Virus record (IMG/VR): IMGVR_UViG_3300011334_000166
Location: 1 to 36,136 of that record
Strand: one strand, 5' to 3'
From: a virus
Lineage: Duplodnaviria > Caudoviricetes
DNA: 36,136 bases
In this document: positions 1 to 8,686 of the stretch, piece after piece
How positions within the stretch are numbered: position 1 is the first letter of the stretch
Layout of the letters: each line of letters opens with the position of its first letter
Program-made: the position numbers and the translations under genes
Notes under the pieces: model-generated
Seen by the model: only the letters and a program-made list of their open reading frames with translations
Databases searched by the model: none
Told to the model about the DNA's origin: nothing

Positions 1-157
1 GTCATGGACAACTCATAAACGCGGTCTCGCAGCTTGACTGTCATGCCTACCCGCCGCCAAAACGTTCTGTGGCCATACGCACCGATTCTGCCAAGTGGCG
101 ACCAATGCTCGTTTGACCAAGTGTGGCCGCCATCATCCGACCAACGCAACATGGCTT
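1..157. repeat. Terminal overlap, left copy (circular assembly)
   Basis: 1-157 matches 35980-36136 with 4 mismatches (positions 50, 135, 136, 156); one reading frame runs continuously across the junction. Confidence 0.95.
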
Positions 158-1580
158 CAGGCTCGTAGCCTGGTGCAGCAGGGTATGAATTGGTGACAAT
201 TTCATAGCCCGTAATGTCAGTATCTGATAGCTCGTATTGCCCAATCGGTTCAAAACCATCCCCTGCTTCAGTGGTCAATATGTCGCCTGATTGAGTGGCC
301 AAATAGGTTTGCACATATTGAGCCACAAGGTTTAACCCTGACTCAGTGTCTATGTTTTCGCTGGCGTATGCAGGGTATAGATTTAGCCCTACGCCCGTTT
401 CGCAATCCAATTGCAAGCTGTGATGGGCCGTGCGTTTGAGGTTGTTTTGACCCGTGGGCAGCGCCCGCCAGGTGCGCAGCCACTTCTGAATTTCTCCATT
501 GTCGGCATACACGTCAAGGTCAAAGGCGTAGATATTGCCGTTCTCATAATCACCAACAACAATTTTGTTGTTAAATGCCATCTGGCAATTGCTACGGTGC
601 CGAGTAAACTCACCTTGAACAAAGCCTGCCCGCTCATGCCAGGCTTGAGTGGCTGCGTCGTACACCCAAGTGGTGTTGGCCGTGGGGAAAATCAGCACAT
701 AAAAGCTGTGACCATCCTGTTGATAAGTGTACGCAATGACGTCCGACATGTCGCTGTACTGTTGAATTTGCCATTCAACCGCATGGGTGGAGATGCGCTG
801 GCCTTGGTACCCGTTGGCCCTGTAAACAATGCCCTGCCCCCGGCGATCCCGGCCCAGCCAGAAAAGGCCATTGTCCATCTTGGCAATTGAGTATGGCGCT
901 GCGCAGCCAAGTTCGTTGAACGCGCCTTGGATGCGTTGCAAGGGGAAGTCTGTAGCGCCTGAGTCGTACCAGACCTCGATAGAGTTTGTGCCAAAGGCCC
1001 AAACTTCGCGGAAGTTGGACACCACGGCCAGCAGGCCGTCAGGCGACCCTTCGGTGCTGGCAAACTCAAGCGGATCAATGGACGTGCCGTCCAAAAGGGT
1101 GGTCACCCACATCTTTTGGCTATTGGGCTCGTTGAACACAAAATAGCCGTCCAGATAGCAGACCGTTACCGCGCCGGGAAAGTCAGGGTCAGTGATCTGG
1201 CCAAAGGCGTTGGTGGTGTTGTTGTAGATATAGCTGGGGCCGTTGGCTGCAATGAACAGTTGCGTGCCGTTGTCGGCCATGCTAACCGGCCCAGAACCGG
1301 CCACGGTGCCAATCAGTGTGGGCACGTAGGCGTTGTTGATCTTGTAGAGCCGAGTGCCTGACACTACAAAGCCGACGCCATCGTTAGGCGAAAACGCCCA
1401 CAGCCCACGAACCGGGCCATCGCCCATTGTTGACAAAAACGCCAAGCCTGGGCAACGTTGCAAAAATGCCGGCTCTTTACCACCCTCGGGGATAACTTCT
1501 GGAAATAGATTGACCATACGGGCATCCGCAGCGTTGACGCTGCGGGTCACGTAGGTCGAGCCAAGGATGGGCGTTTTCAT
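1..1580 (-). CDS. P22 gp10-like tail hub / DNA stabilization protein, 5' part (continues at 35979-35919; about 546 aa in total)
   Basis: Missing from the ORF track because it runs off the edge. ATG at 1580 overlaps the upstream stop (TGATG): MKTPILGSTYVTRSVNAADARMVNLFPE...; same frame gives CETGVG...MLRWSDDGGHTWS, typical of gp10-family C-termini; lies downstream of the gp4-like gene. Confidence 0.85.
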   Translation of the reverse strand, partial: MKTPILGSTYVTRSVNAADARMVNLFPEVIPEGGKEPAFLQRCPGLAFLSTMGDGPVRGLWAFSPNDGVGFVVSGTRLYKINNAYVPTLIGTVAGSGPVSMADNGTQLFIAANGPSYIYNNTTNAFGQITDPDFPGAVTVCYLDGYFVFNEPNSQKMWVTTLLDGTSIDPLEFASTEGSPDGLLAVVSNFREVWAFGTNSIEVWYDSGATDFPLQRIQGAFNELGCAAPYSIAKMDNGLFWLGRDRRGQGIVYRANGYQGQRISTHAVEWQIQQYSDMSDVIAYTYQQDGHSFYVLIFPTANTTWVYDAATQAWHERAGFVQGEFTRHRSNCQMAFNNKIVVGDYENGNIYAFDLDVYADNGEIQKWLRTWRALPTGQNNLKRTAHHSLQLDCETGVGLNLYPAYASENIDTESGLNLVAQYVQTYLATQSGDILTTEAGDGFEPIGQYELSDTDITGYEIVTNSYPAAPGYEPEAMLRWSDDGGHTWSNEHWSPLGRIGAYGHRTFWRRVGMTVKLRDRVYELSM

Positions 1581-2110
1581 CAAGCCGCAACTGCTTTGAT
1601 AACTGCAAAATTAAAAACTGGTTGTTCAGTTGTTGAGCCACCAGTGGTGCGGAATGTAATGTTAAAACTACCGGCTCCCACCGCAGTAACCATTAAATCG
1701 TACAAGTCAGTGCCTGACTTTTGGTTTAAGATAATGACATCGGTTGCCGCTACGGTGCTGTTGGTTACAGTAAAAGTTGCCGCAGTACCCGAACCCGCCG
1801 CGCTTACTAACGTGATTGCGCCCGTTGTTTTGTTCAACGTAACGCCTGTGGTGCGACTTGATGCTTGCGTGACCGCCCCACCAGCGCCTGTGGCATAGCC
1901 CACGCCTGCCGTGCCAGTGGACACAATAGTGCCTGTGGCAGTCAGGCTTGTACCCGTGGCCGCGCCAATGTTTGGCGTCACCATTGTTGAATTGGTAAAC
2001 AACAACGCATTAGTGACTTGTTTGGTTGTGCCTGATTGCACAATCGGCAAGACATCAGCAGCAGCGGCAGCAGTTGCTACGGGGAGGGAAGTGATTGCAA
2101 TGGTGGCCAT
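1580..2110 (-). CDS. Small fibre/appendage protein with ITSLP...VLPIVQSGTTKQV N-terminal motif
   Basis: 176 aa, Thr/Ala/Gly-rich beta-type sequence; N-terminus resembles that of 7413-8012; between gp4- and gp10-like genes. Confidence 0.6.
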   Translation of the reverse strand: MATIAITSLPVATAAAAADVLPIVQSGTTKQVTNALLFTNSTMVTPNIGAATGTSLTATGTIVSTGTAGVGYATGAGGAVTQASSRTTGVTLNKTTGAITLVSAAGSGTAATFTVTNSTVAATDVIILNQKSGTDLYDLMVTAVGAGSFNITFRTTGGSTTEQPVFNFAVIKAVAA

Positions 2111-2111
2111 G

Positions 2112-2843
2112 TTAGTAGTTTCCTGCGTAAATGTTAAAACGTTGACGGGTGGCGATTAGCGAATACGGCATAGACATGATGTCATCAGGATTGTTGATGC
2201 GCTTCAAGTTGCGCTTGGACGTCATAGCAATGCGCTGCACTTGGGGACTAGGTTCGACGCCAAACTCAGGCGCAAACTCCATGGCCAAGTTATACGCAAA
2301 GGCACGTAGATACCCAGGCGGGAACAGAATGTTAGTCGCCAAGTTAGCTGGCTGACTTAGCTCTTGCACGCTGACAAAGTGGAACTCCAGCAGACGTGTG
2401 GGGCGCGGGTAGATGTTAATCGTGAAGTCTGGGTACGTGTTGTTGACAAACATTACCTGGGGATAGGTCGAGGTCACAGTTTTGACCGCAATCCCGTTGT
2501 ATTGCTGCTGGTTAATCAGCTTGATGCCATACGACACCCCGGTGCCGGGGTCTTTGTAGTAGGTGGCGTCGTCAACTTGAATGGGCCGCACGGCGGTGCC
2601 GTTTAGGCGCACCAAAGAGCCGGTGGGGCCAAGGGTTTCTTCAATTGAGCCAACTGGCCAATTGGTAATCTGGTCAATGGTGCAAAAGACAGACAAACGC
2701 TCGGTATTCCATGAGTCGATCATCTGGTTGAGCGCCATCAGCGCATCTTGAGACACTGACGCAGAAGGGGTTTCACCTTCGGCCAACACACCCAGCAGCC
2801 GCAGCGCCCGGTTGATCTGATCGGCAGCAGAGTAGGTGGCCAT
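2112..2843 (-). CDS. P22 gp4-like head-tail adaptor
   Basis: 243 aa; DQINRALRLLGVLAEGETPS...ALNQMIDSW and YNLAMEFAPEFG pattern; position downstream of coat. Confidence 0.75.
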   Translation of the reverse strand: MATYSAADQINRALRLLGVLAEGETPSASVSQDALMALNQMIDSWNTERLSVFCTIDQITNWPVGSIEETLGPTGSLVRLNGTAVRPIQVDDATYYKDPGTGVSYGIKLINQQQYNGIAVKTVTSTYPQVMFVNNTYPDFTINIYPRPTRLLEFHFVSVQELSQPANLATNILFPPGYLRAFAYNLAMEFAPEFGVEPSPQVQRIAMTSKRNLKRINNPDDIMSMPYSLIATRQRFNIYAGNY

Positions 2844-2845
2844 CT

Positions 2846-3043
2846 TTACGCTCCTAGTTCGACCGCCTCAACAGTTGGACGGCCACGTCTACGTTTTACT
2901 TCCTGTGGAGCCGCCTCTTCAACAGCAATTGGCGTGTCAAGAGTATAGCGTGTCCAGCCATTTTTTTCATCGTTTACAGCTTCAAGTTCCATCGTTGCAA
3001 CTTTGGCGCCGTGAACGGGGTGAGACATGTAAATGATGGGCAT
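2846..3043 (-). CDS. Small hypothetical protein with basic RRRGRP tail
   Basis: 65 aa ORF filling the gap in the head operon; ATG directly follows a terminator. Confidence 0.7.
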   Translation of the reverse strand: MPIIYMSHPVHGAKVATMELEAVNDEKNGWTRYTLDTPIAVEEAAPQEVKRRRGRPTVEAVELGA

Positions 3044-3068
3044 AAAAAGAAGGGGGTGATTAGCCCCC
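3044..3068 (-). terminator. Intrinsic terminator after the putative decoration gene
   Basis: Minus strand GGGGG-CTAATCA-CCCCC followed by TTCTTTTT. Confidence 0.7.
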
Positions 3069-3076
3069 TGGTTGGT

Positions 3077-3481
3077 TTAGCCCGCGATGCGGTACAAAGT
3101 CCAAGTGCCATCACCAGTTTTACGTGCGCGGAACAAGGCGCCGGTGTTTTCCAACACCACCATGTTACCGAGCAACGTCCAACCAGCAGCGGTGGCCAAG
3201 GTGCACTGATATGCAGTGTCGTCAACGGCGACTGCAAAATCAAATGCGGCGTTGACTTTCTGGGCGCTGCTGATCGCAAGCTCCAGATCGGCAACGGTAG
3301 GCAGCGTCACAATGGTGTCAGCCGAAGTGTTGCTGGTGATCAACCCGACGGCCATTTGAGCGCCGGTTAGGGTTGCGGTGGTTGCGGTAATTGCAGTGGG
3401 AGCGCCTTGAACCATCAACAGCGCTTCGGCGGTATTGCCTGCGCCAACTTGATAGCCACTAGTACCATTAGGGAGAGCCAT
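3077..3481 (-). CDS. Putative capsid decoration protein
   Basis: 134 aa Ala/Thr-rich ORF immediately after coat; AAGGA RBS; function from synteny only. Confidence 0.6.
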   Translation of the reverse strand: MALPNGTSGYQVGAGNTAEALLMVQGAPTAITATTATLTGAQMAVGLITSNTSADTIVTLPTVADLELAISSAQKVNAAFDFAVAVDDTAYQCTLATAAGWTLLGNMVVLENTGALFRARKTGDGTWTLYRIAG

Positions 3482-3510
3482 GATAAATTTCCTTGAAAAA
3501 GATGTTACGA

Positions 3511-3534
3511 CGAAAGGGGCCGAAGCCCCGTTTC
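3511..3534 (-). terminator. Hairpin / weak terminator after coat gene
   Basis: Minus strand GGGGC-TTCG-GCCCC-TTT (cUUCGg tetraloop), short U tract. Confidence 0.6.
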
Positions 3535-3537
3535 AGA

Positions 3538-4737
3538 TCAACCCCAAATGCGGCAGGCCATTTGTGGACGAATGGTGCTGTAGCCGTACAAGACATCGAT
3601 ACGACAGGGCATCCGGTCGTTGTTAATGTCATACTGGCGAACCACACGCAAGCTGATGCCATTGTGAACGGCACGCGCAGCCATATCGACCCCCTGCGGC
3701 AGCAAGAGATCAGCCGTGGCGAACGAAATTGCATCTTTGTGGTAGACCAAGTTCTGGGGATACTGAGTTGAAGCAGCACCCACAAACACCACAGCCTTGG
3801 CAGTAGCAGGCAAAGTCAGCATGGTAGCCAGAGCATGGTCGGCCGAGTACATGGCCGCTACGGTCACGGTAGCGGTGGTGCTAGCAGTCGTTGATGCCAA
3901 AGCCACAAACTGGAACAACGAACCAGTGGATTCACGGGTTTGCGGGTTCACAGCGTAGCAGTCAGCAATCGTGAACACGTCACCAACGGTGATGGTTTCA
4001 CCAGAGCCAACAGGCAACGACAGCGTCGCAGAACCTTCAGCGGTCACAGCGGCAGCAGTGACGGTGCCGGTAGCGGCGCGGGTGCCAGTGGAGTGCTGCT
4101 TGATCGACTGAGACATGTTGATCTCGTCAAAGCCCAACACACCCATGCCCATCATGCCGTTTTTGAATTGGCGGCTGATGGTATCGGTGGGGTTGAACAG
4201 ACCCTTCATGCCTTCGACCAAACCAGCGTTAGCGGCGGGGTTGACGGTGGCATAACGGGGGCTCATCACAGCGGCGTTCTCGTTCAGCTTTTGCTGGGCT
4301 TGCAACAGCACCAAAGAAGTAGAAGGAGTGGTGCCAGGCGTGCCCACGGTGTTACCGATGCTCTTGTAAGCATTGGCGACGTCGGCGTCGATAGAACTGG
4401 CCAACTGGCTGATACGAGGCTTCAACACACGCTCTGCGAAGTCATCCAATTGCATGGTCAATTCGGCAGAAGTGAAGTTCACGCCGATATGCTTTTGGGT
4501 TGACACGGTCAAGGTGGTGAACTGTTCGTTGTCGTCTTGAACTTGCAAGGCGGCGCCGTCGGTCACCAAAGCGCGATCAGGCAGGCGAATACGCAGGGTC
4601 GAACCAATCTTGGCACCTTCAACAGCAAAGCTGTCGTCGTACTGACGGTTCACGTTACGGGTCAACACAAGGTTGTTTTCGAGAATCTCAAGCGCTTTGC
4701 GCGTGATCATGTCGATGGTTAAGATACTGTTAGCCAT
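3538..4737 (-). CDS. Major capsid protein, P22 gp5 family
   Basis: 399 aa; MANSILTIDMITRKALEILENNL...KIGSTLRIRLP and C-terminal CRIDVLYG; follows scaffold. Confidence 0.92.
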   Translation of the reverse strand: MANSILTIDMITRKALEILENNLVLTRNVNRQYDDSFAVEGAKIGSTLRIRLPDRALVTDGAALQVQDDNEQFTTLTVSTQKHIGVNFTSAELTMQLDDFAERVLKPRISQLASSIDADVANAYKSIGNTVGTPGTTPSTSLVLLQAQQKLNENAAVMSPRYATVNPAANAGLVEGMKGLFNPTDTISRQFKNGMMGMGVLGFDEINMSQSIKQHSTGTRAATGTVTAAAVTAEGSATLSLPVGSGETITVGDVFTIADCYAVNPQTRESTGSLFQFVALASTTASTTATVTVAAMYSADHALATMLTLPATAKAVVFVGAASTQYPQNLVYHKDAISFATADLLLPQGVDMAARAVHNGISLRVVRQYDINNDRMPCRIDVLYGYSTIRPQMACRIWG

Positions 4738-4757
4738 GGAAAAAGTCCTTTAAAAAT

Positions 4758-5543
4758 TTAGCGGTTTGCCTGCATCTTTTTCATCTGTCGGGCTCGTTCG
4801 GCATCAATCCACTCTGAGGCACTCATGGTCTTGGTAGACCGAGGATCAGTCGTGTCATAAGCCGGCGCTCCAGAGGAGCGAGCCGTCACGGGAGAAATCG
4901 GTGCTGGCGCGGATGTCGTTTTCTTCACTGGTGGATCGCTGGCCAATTTGGCCTCAATCCTTCCAATTTCCTTGGCCTGCAAAATAGGTGCAAGACGGGA
5001 GATTCGATCTGCTTCCTTGGGGTTTGCACCGAGGTAGTAAGCTACTTCAGGGCCAACGTCCGAGGCTTGAATCGACTGAGCCATCACGGTCGTGATTGGA
5101 AGTTTTGGGTTGTACGCGACTTGTTCAAAGTCATCGTATTTGTTCCGAGCTTCTTCTTCCTTCTCATGGTAGGTCTCAAGAATTTCAGATTGCTGCCGGG
5201 CATGTTCACGCTGGGCAAGCAGCTCTTCAGCCTTTTTGTAGGCCAATGCGTCTGCATAGGCTTCAGGACTGTCAAACTGATCAACCGGCGGGATGTCTGC
5301 TGGCGCTCTCAATGCCTGCGTTTCCGCTTGCCTTTGAGTCTGCTCTCTTTCCCACTTACGCTGTTCTCTCGCAAGCCGCTTACCGATGGCTGCATCCAGT
5401 TCTTCTTGGGTAAAAACCCTTGAAGGTTCTTTTTGCTCATCAGCGACTACCGGCGCATTTTCTACAGTCTCAGGAGTGGCCGTCACTTCCGTTGCTGGCG
5501 CGGAGTCAACTTCCGCTAGGTTTTGTTGGACTTCTTCAGTCAT
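4758..5543 (-). CDS. Capsid scaffolding protein
   Basis: 261 aa, acidic N-terminus, FTQEELDAAIGKRLAREQRK, helical, EVAYYLGANP motif, Pro-rich linker; directly upstream of coat. Confidence 0.85.
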   Translation of the reverse strand: MTEEVQQNLAEVDSAPATEVTATPETVENAPVVADEQKEPSRVFTQEELDAAIGKRLAREQRKWEREQTQRQAETQALRAPADIPPVDQFDSPEAYADALAYKKAEELLAQREHARQQSEILETYHEKEEEARNKYDDFEQVAYNPKLPITTVMAQSIQASDVGPEVAYYLGANPKEADRISRLAPILQAKEIGRIEAKLASDPPVKKTTSAPAPISPVTARSSGAPAYDTTDPRSTKTMSASEWIDAERARQMKKMQANR

Positions 5544-5597
5544 TTCAATGAATCCTAAGATTCCCCGGTGAACCTCGCCGGTAAGGGTTTGTCAGCA

Positions 5598-5837
5598 TTA
5601 TGCTGGAATTTGGGCCGCTTGGTAAGCCGCAATCACGCCGGCAGTGTGTACGACACCGCAAATAGCTTGGACTTTGGCATCCTCTGCGCTGTAATCGTCC
5701 CCAGGAACGACCACATGGCGGTGAAATGTGTCGCTGATTTGTTGACCATCTTCAATGATGCGGGTGCAAGTACGAACTTGAACTATCCCGTTTTCAAGGG
5801 TTTCAATTAGGTCTACAACAATTTGTTTTTCAAACAT
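5598..5837 (-). CDS. Putative fibre-associated chaperone
   Basis: 79 aa; VQVR...FHRHVVVPGDDYS..D.KVQAIC pattern that I associate with genes following phage fibre genes; AAAGGA RBS. Confidence 0.55.
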   Translation of the reverse strand: MFEKQIVVDLIETLENGIVQVRTCTRIIEDGQQISDTFHRHVVVPGDDYSAEDAKVQAICGVVHTAGVIAAYQAAQIPA

Positions 5838-5858
5838 ATCAATCCTTTGATAAAGTTA

Positions 5859-7400
5859 TTAATTTAACCGAGTCCAAGTACCACTTTGCAAACCTTGCCA
5901 TGATTTATAGTACGTATTGTCATTAGTTGGATTTCCAAAACTTGTTAATTCAACTGATGTACCAAGCAATCCATCTGATTCAATTACATGGACACCAGCA
6001 GCATTGGTTACGCCTGGAATCATAATCATCCCTCTTGTCGAATCACCATCAACAGCATCCATTGCAACTACTATTTTATACGTGCAAACAAGTGAGTATG
6101 GAGAACTATTTGGGTTTATATCGCTTGGAAGTCGAACATAAATGGTACTGTAGCCAAGTGAATCGTTGTCTCCATATGCCCATTTTCCAGCCGTAAGAGC
6201 GCCAACGGTTCCATTAACTAACGGGCTACCCTCATAAAATACAGTAATTGGTGTTGCTAAAACTGGGTTTCCGCCCGCAGTCAATTCAATACGCCACTCA
6301 TTTGGTGCAGTCACACTTGCTGTCCATTTAAATGTTCCTGCTGGAATATTTAAATTAGTAACATCTTGCATGACTTTTGTAGCCCATCCAGTTCCAACTT
6401 GTTTAATACTTGGCAACGTAAATGTAACGGTTCCTCTTGCGCCGCGATTGGTAAATACTTTACCCGAATCTTGATCTATAACTACATCGCTTAACGTATA
6501 ACTTGCCGATTTTTCAACAACTTTTTTTCGTGTTCCGTATGGCCCAATGTTTGTTTGTTTTCCTAAAGTTGCATTAACAACATCACCATCTACTGTTGGG
6601 CCAACTATTTTATAGCCCGCTGATTTTAATTGAAGGTTATATAGTCCTGACTCAGCACCAAGCGTAGCAATATCCCACATTCTAAAAATGTGTCTTCCAA
6701 CTTCCTTTTCAACATTGTTTGACACAAGAACAGAAAATCCTTGTCCAACAAGAAACGTATTGTTATTGTTTGTTTTTAAATTTCTTGCGGCTATAGGTGA
6801 TGCTTCATCGTTATCCATTTCGCAAGCAGAAACGCGCTCACCAAATATTCTGTTTACGTTATATAAAACTCCGCTTACCCATACGTTTGAACCAGAACCT
6901 CTATCTATATTGATTCCTACGTCTGGATTTCCAGCAGGACTATACCAAAAAGATTGCCAATTTTTACCTGTAATTGGTCTATTTGTTGAATCCGATACAT
7001 GATTATCAAGGGCATAATAAAACAAACCATCTGACCCTAAAACTTTTCCAAAAGTAGGGTCATTGCTTGGGTTGCTTATATCAAATGCCATTTGCATTTG
7101 ATTAGATAAAATTCCGCCTGGGGTTCCAGGGTTAACAATCAATGATCCATGAGTATCAATTTTAACCGTAGTAACTAAAGGTGATTCTTGATTACCAAGA
7201 AACAACGCTGCTGCTTCAGAACCTGGTCTATCGTCAACAATTCGTACAAATATACCGCCCCAATTTTTAAGCGTTCCTGCGCTATTTGCAGTAACAAAAG
7301 ATAGCGGTGGTGCTACTGCCTCAAGAGTAGCGCCAACAAAATCAGGTGAAAGCGCGTCTGGAGATTTGATTAAATCATACGTAACTTTAGTCAATGCCAT
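5859..7400 (-). CDS. Putative receptor-binding / tailspike-like protein
   Basis: 513 aa, MALTKV N-terminus, Gly/Asn/Ser/Thr-rich, visibly AT-richer than the core genome; AGGAG RBS. Confidence 0.6.
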   Translation of the reverse strand: MALTKVTYDLIKSPDALSPDFVGATLEAVAPPLSFVTANSAGTLKNWGGIFVRIVDDRPGSEAAALFLGNQESPLVTTVKIDTHGSLIVNPGTPGGILSNQMQMAFDISNPSNDPTFGKVLGSDGLFYYALDNHVSDSTNRPITGKNWQSFWYSPAGNPDVGINIDRGSGSNVWVSGVLYNVNRIFGERVSACEMDNDEASPIAARNLKTNNNNTFLVGQGFSVLVSNNVEKEVGRHIFRMWDIATLGAESGLYNLQLKSAGYKIVGPTVDGDVVNATLGKQTNIGPYGTRKKVVEKSASYTLSDVVIDQDSGKVFTNRGARGTVTFTLPSIKQVGTGWATKVMQDVTNLNIPAGTFKWTASVTAPNEWRIELTAGGNPVLATPITVFYEGSPLVNGTVGALTAGKWAYGDNDSLGYSTIYVRLPSDINPNSSPYSLVCTYKIVVAMDAVDGDSTRGMIMIPGVTNAAGVHVIESDGLLGTSVELTSFGNPTNDNTYYKSWQGLQSGTWTRLN

Positions 7401-7412
7401 GTTTATCTCCTG

Positions 7413-8012
7413 TTAAGCCGCCGCATACCAACCACTACCTCTAAGAGTTTTTGTACTTAATGTGGCATTTGTAACGGCTGTAAATGTACCAATAGTAAAA
7501 ACACTAAAATCTGATGCACCTTGATTAAACATACCACTTACTGTAGCTCCATCAGATAAAATAGTAGCTGGAACATTATCCCTGTCATTGTTGTTATTTG
7601 TAAATGGCAAACTAGCAATTACGGCATTAGAGGCATTTACTGTGACAGGGTAGGTAACACGAAACTCAACAAATACAGCCCTGCCTATTTTCGTATATTT
7701 TCCATTTGCAGAAGTAAAAGATAGGGCTGCTCCGCTACCATCAGTAGGTGTCCAATTCCCTATTTCATAATCATTTAATAATTTACTTGATGAGCCTGAA
7801 TGAACAACAGCAGAAAAGTCAATTCCTTGACCACTTGCAACAATTACGTTACCCGTAGTTAATGTAATTTCAGTTGCGCTAATTGCCCGACCAGCAGTCA
7901 AGTTAGCAACAGACACTTGTTTGGTCGTGCTGCTTTGAACAATAGGCAGAACTTCGGTGCCCGCAAGCGGGACGGTTGAAGCGGGTAGTGCTGAAATTTT
8001 GGTGTCGGCCAT
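7413..8012 (-). CDS. Fibre protein with ISALP...VLPIVQSSTTKQV N-terminus
   Basis: 199 aa; C-terminal LNDYEIGNWTP...YTKIGRAV module characteristic of phage fibre tips. Confidence 0.7.
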   Translation of the reverse strand: MADTKISALPASTVPLAGTEVLPIVQSSTTKQVSVANLTAGRAISATEITLTTGNVIVASGQGIDFSAVVHSGSSSKLLNDYEIGNWTPTDGSGAALSFTSANGKYTKIGRAVFVEFRVTYPVTVNASNAVIASLPFTNNNNDRDNVPATILSDGATVSGMFNQGASDFSVFTIGTFTAVTNATLSTKTLRGSGWYAAA

Positions 8013-8021
8013 GATGATTCC

Positions 8022-8519
8022 TTAATTGAATATAACTTCAATGATTGTGGCAAGGGGCGGAGATTCAGAAAAGGTAATTGTTGCCCCACTGACTGTATAT
8101 GTGTTTTTGTTCTGATAAACACCATTGATGTAAACAGAAGTAAAATTTTCGCCAAGTGATGCGGAGCTTAAAGTAAATACGGTTTGTGATCCTGTGCCAA
8201 TAAAGTTTTGTACTTGAAATTCAGCCGCGCCGACGCCCGAAATATTGTCGTAAGTTGCAATTAAAACGTCAGTAGAAGTGTACAAAGCAAATTTGTACGG
8301 AAACGTTAGTAGCCAAATTTCGCCGCCTGGCACGCGCCCTGCGGAGTCTAAAGTAATGTAATTGGCATGGGCAATGTTACCACTAGAGGACGTATACGTA
8401 ACCTTTGGCGTTGTTGTGCCGGCTGCGTATGTCCACAGCTTGCCACCAGACAGGATTACGCCGCTGTTGGTAAAGAACTGGGCCGCAGCGCCGCCCACAG
8501 GGGAGAGAAAGACGGCCAT
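8022..8519 (-). CDS. Tailspike anchor / branching adaptor protein
   Basis: 165 aa; QFFTNSG..LSGGKLWTYAAGTTTP...LDSAGR virion-binding-type domain plus GTGSQTVFTL...VYINGVYQ...ITFSESPP module; too short for a catalytic domain. Confidence 0.65.
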   Translation of the reverse strand: MAVFLSPVGGAAAQFFTNSGVILSGGKLWTYAAGTTTPKVTYTSSSGNIAHANYITLDSAGRVPGGEIWLLTFPYKFALYTSTDVLIATYDNISGVGAAEFQVQNFIGTGSQTVFTLSSASLGENFTSVYINGVYQNKNTYTVSGATITFSESPPLATIIEVIFN

Positions 8520-8524
8520 TTAGG

Positions 8525-8686
8525 TCACTCCAAAAGAATCAAACCATCGTCCTCTTGGACGAGATTGTCATTGTTTTCGCACAACAAATTGCCGATGATG
8601 ATCTCGGCATGCTTTCCAGAAACCAGCGTGGCAATACCGCCAAGACCAATGGCTACTGCGTTGCGAAGAGCGACACCAAAGCTCAT
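8525..8686 (-). CDS. 53-aa adaptor-like peptide
   Basis: Hand-translated MSFGVALRNAVAIGLGGIATLVSGKHAEIIIGNLLCENNDNLVQEDDGLILLE; ATGA overlap with the upstream gene; fills the gap. Confidence 0.75.
   Translation of the reverse strand: MSFGVALRNAVAIGLGGIATLVSGKHAEIIIGNLLCENNDNLVQEDDGLILLE

Noticed and set aside
5859-8519. Diversity-generating retroelement or invertible fibre cassette
   Set aside because: No reverse transcriptase or invertase gene and no template/variable repeat pair noticed
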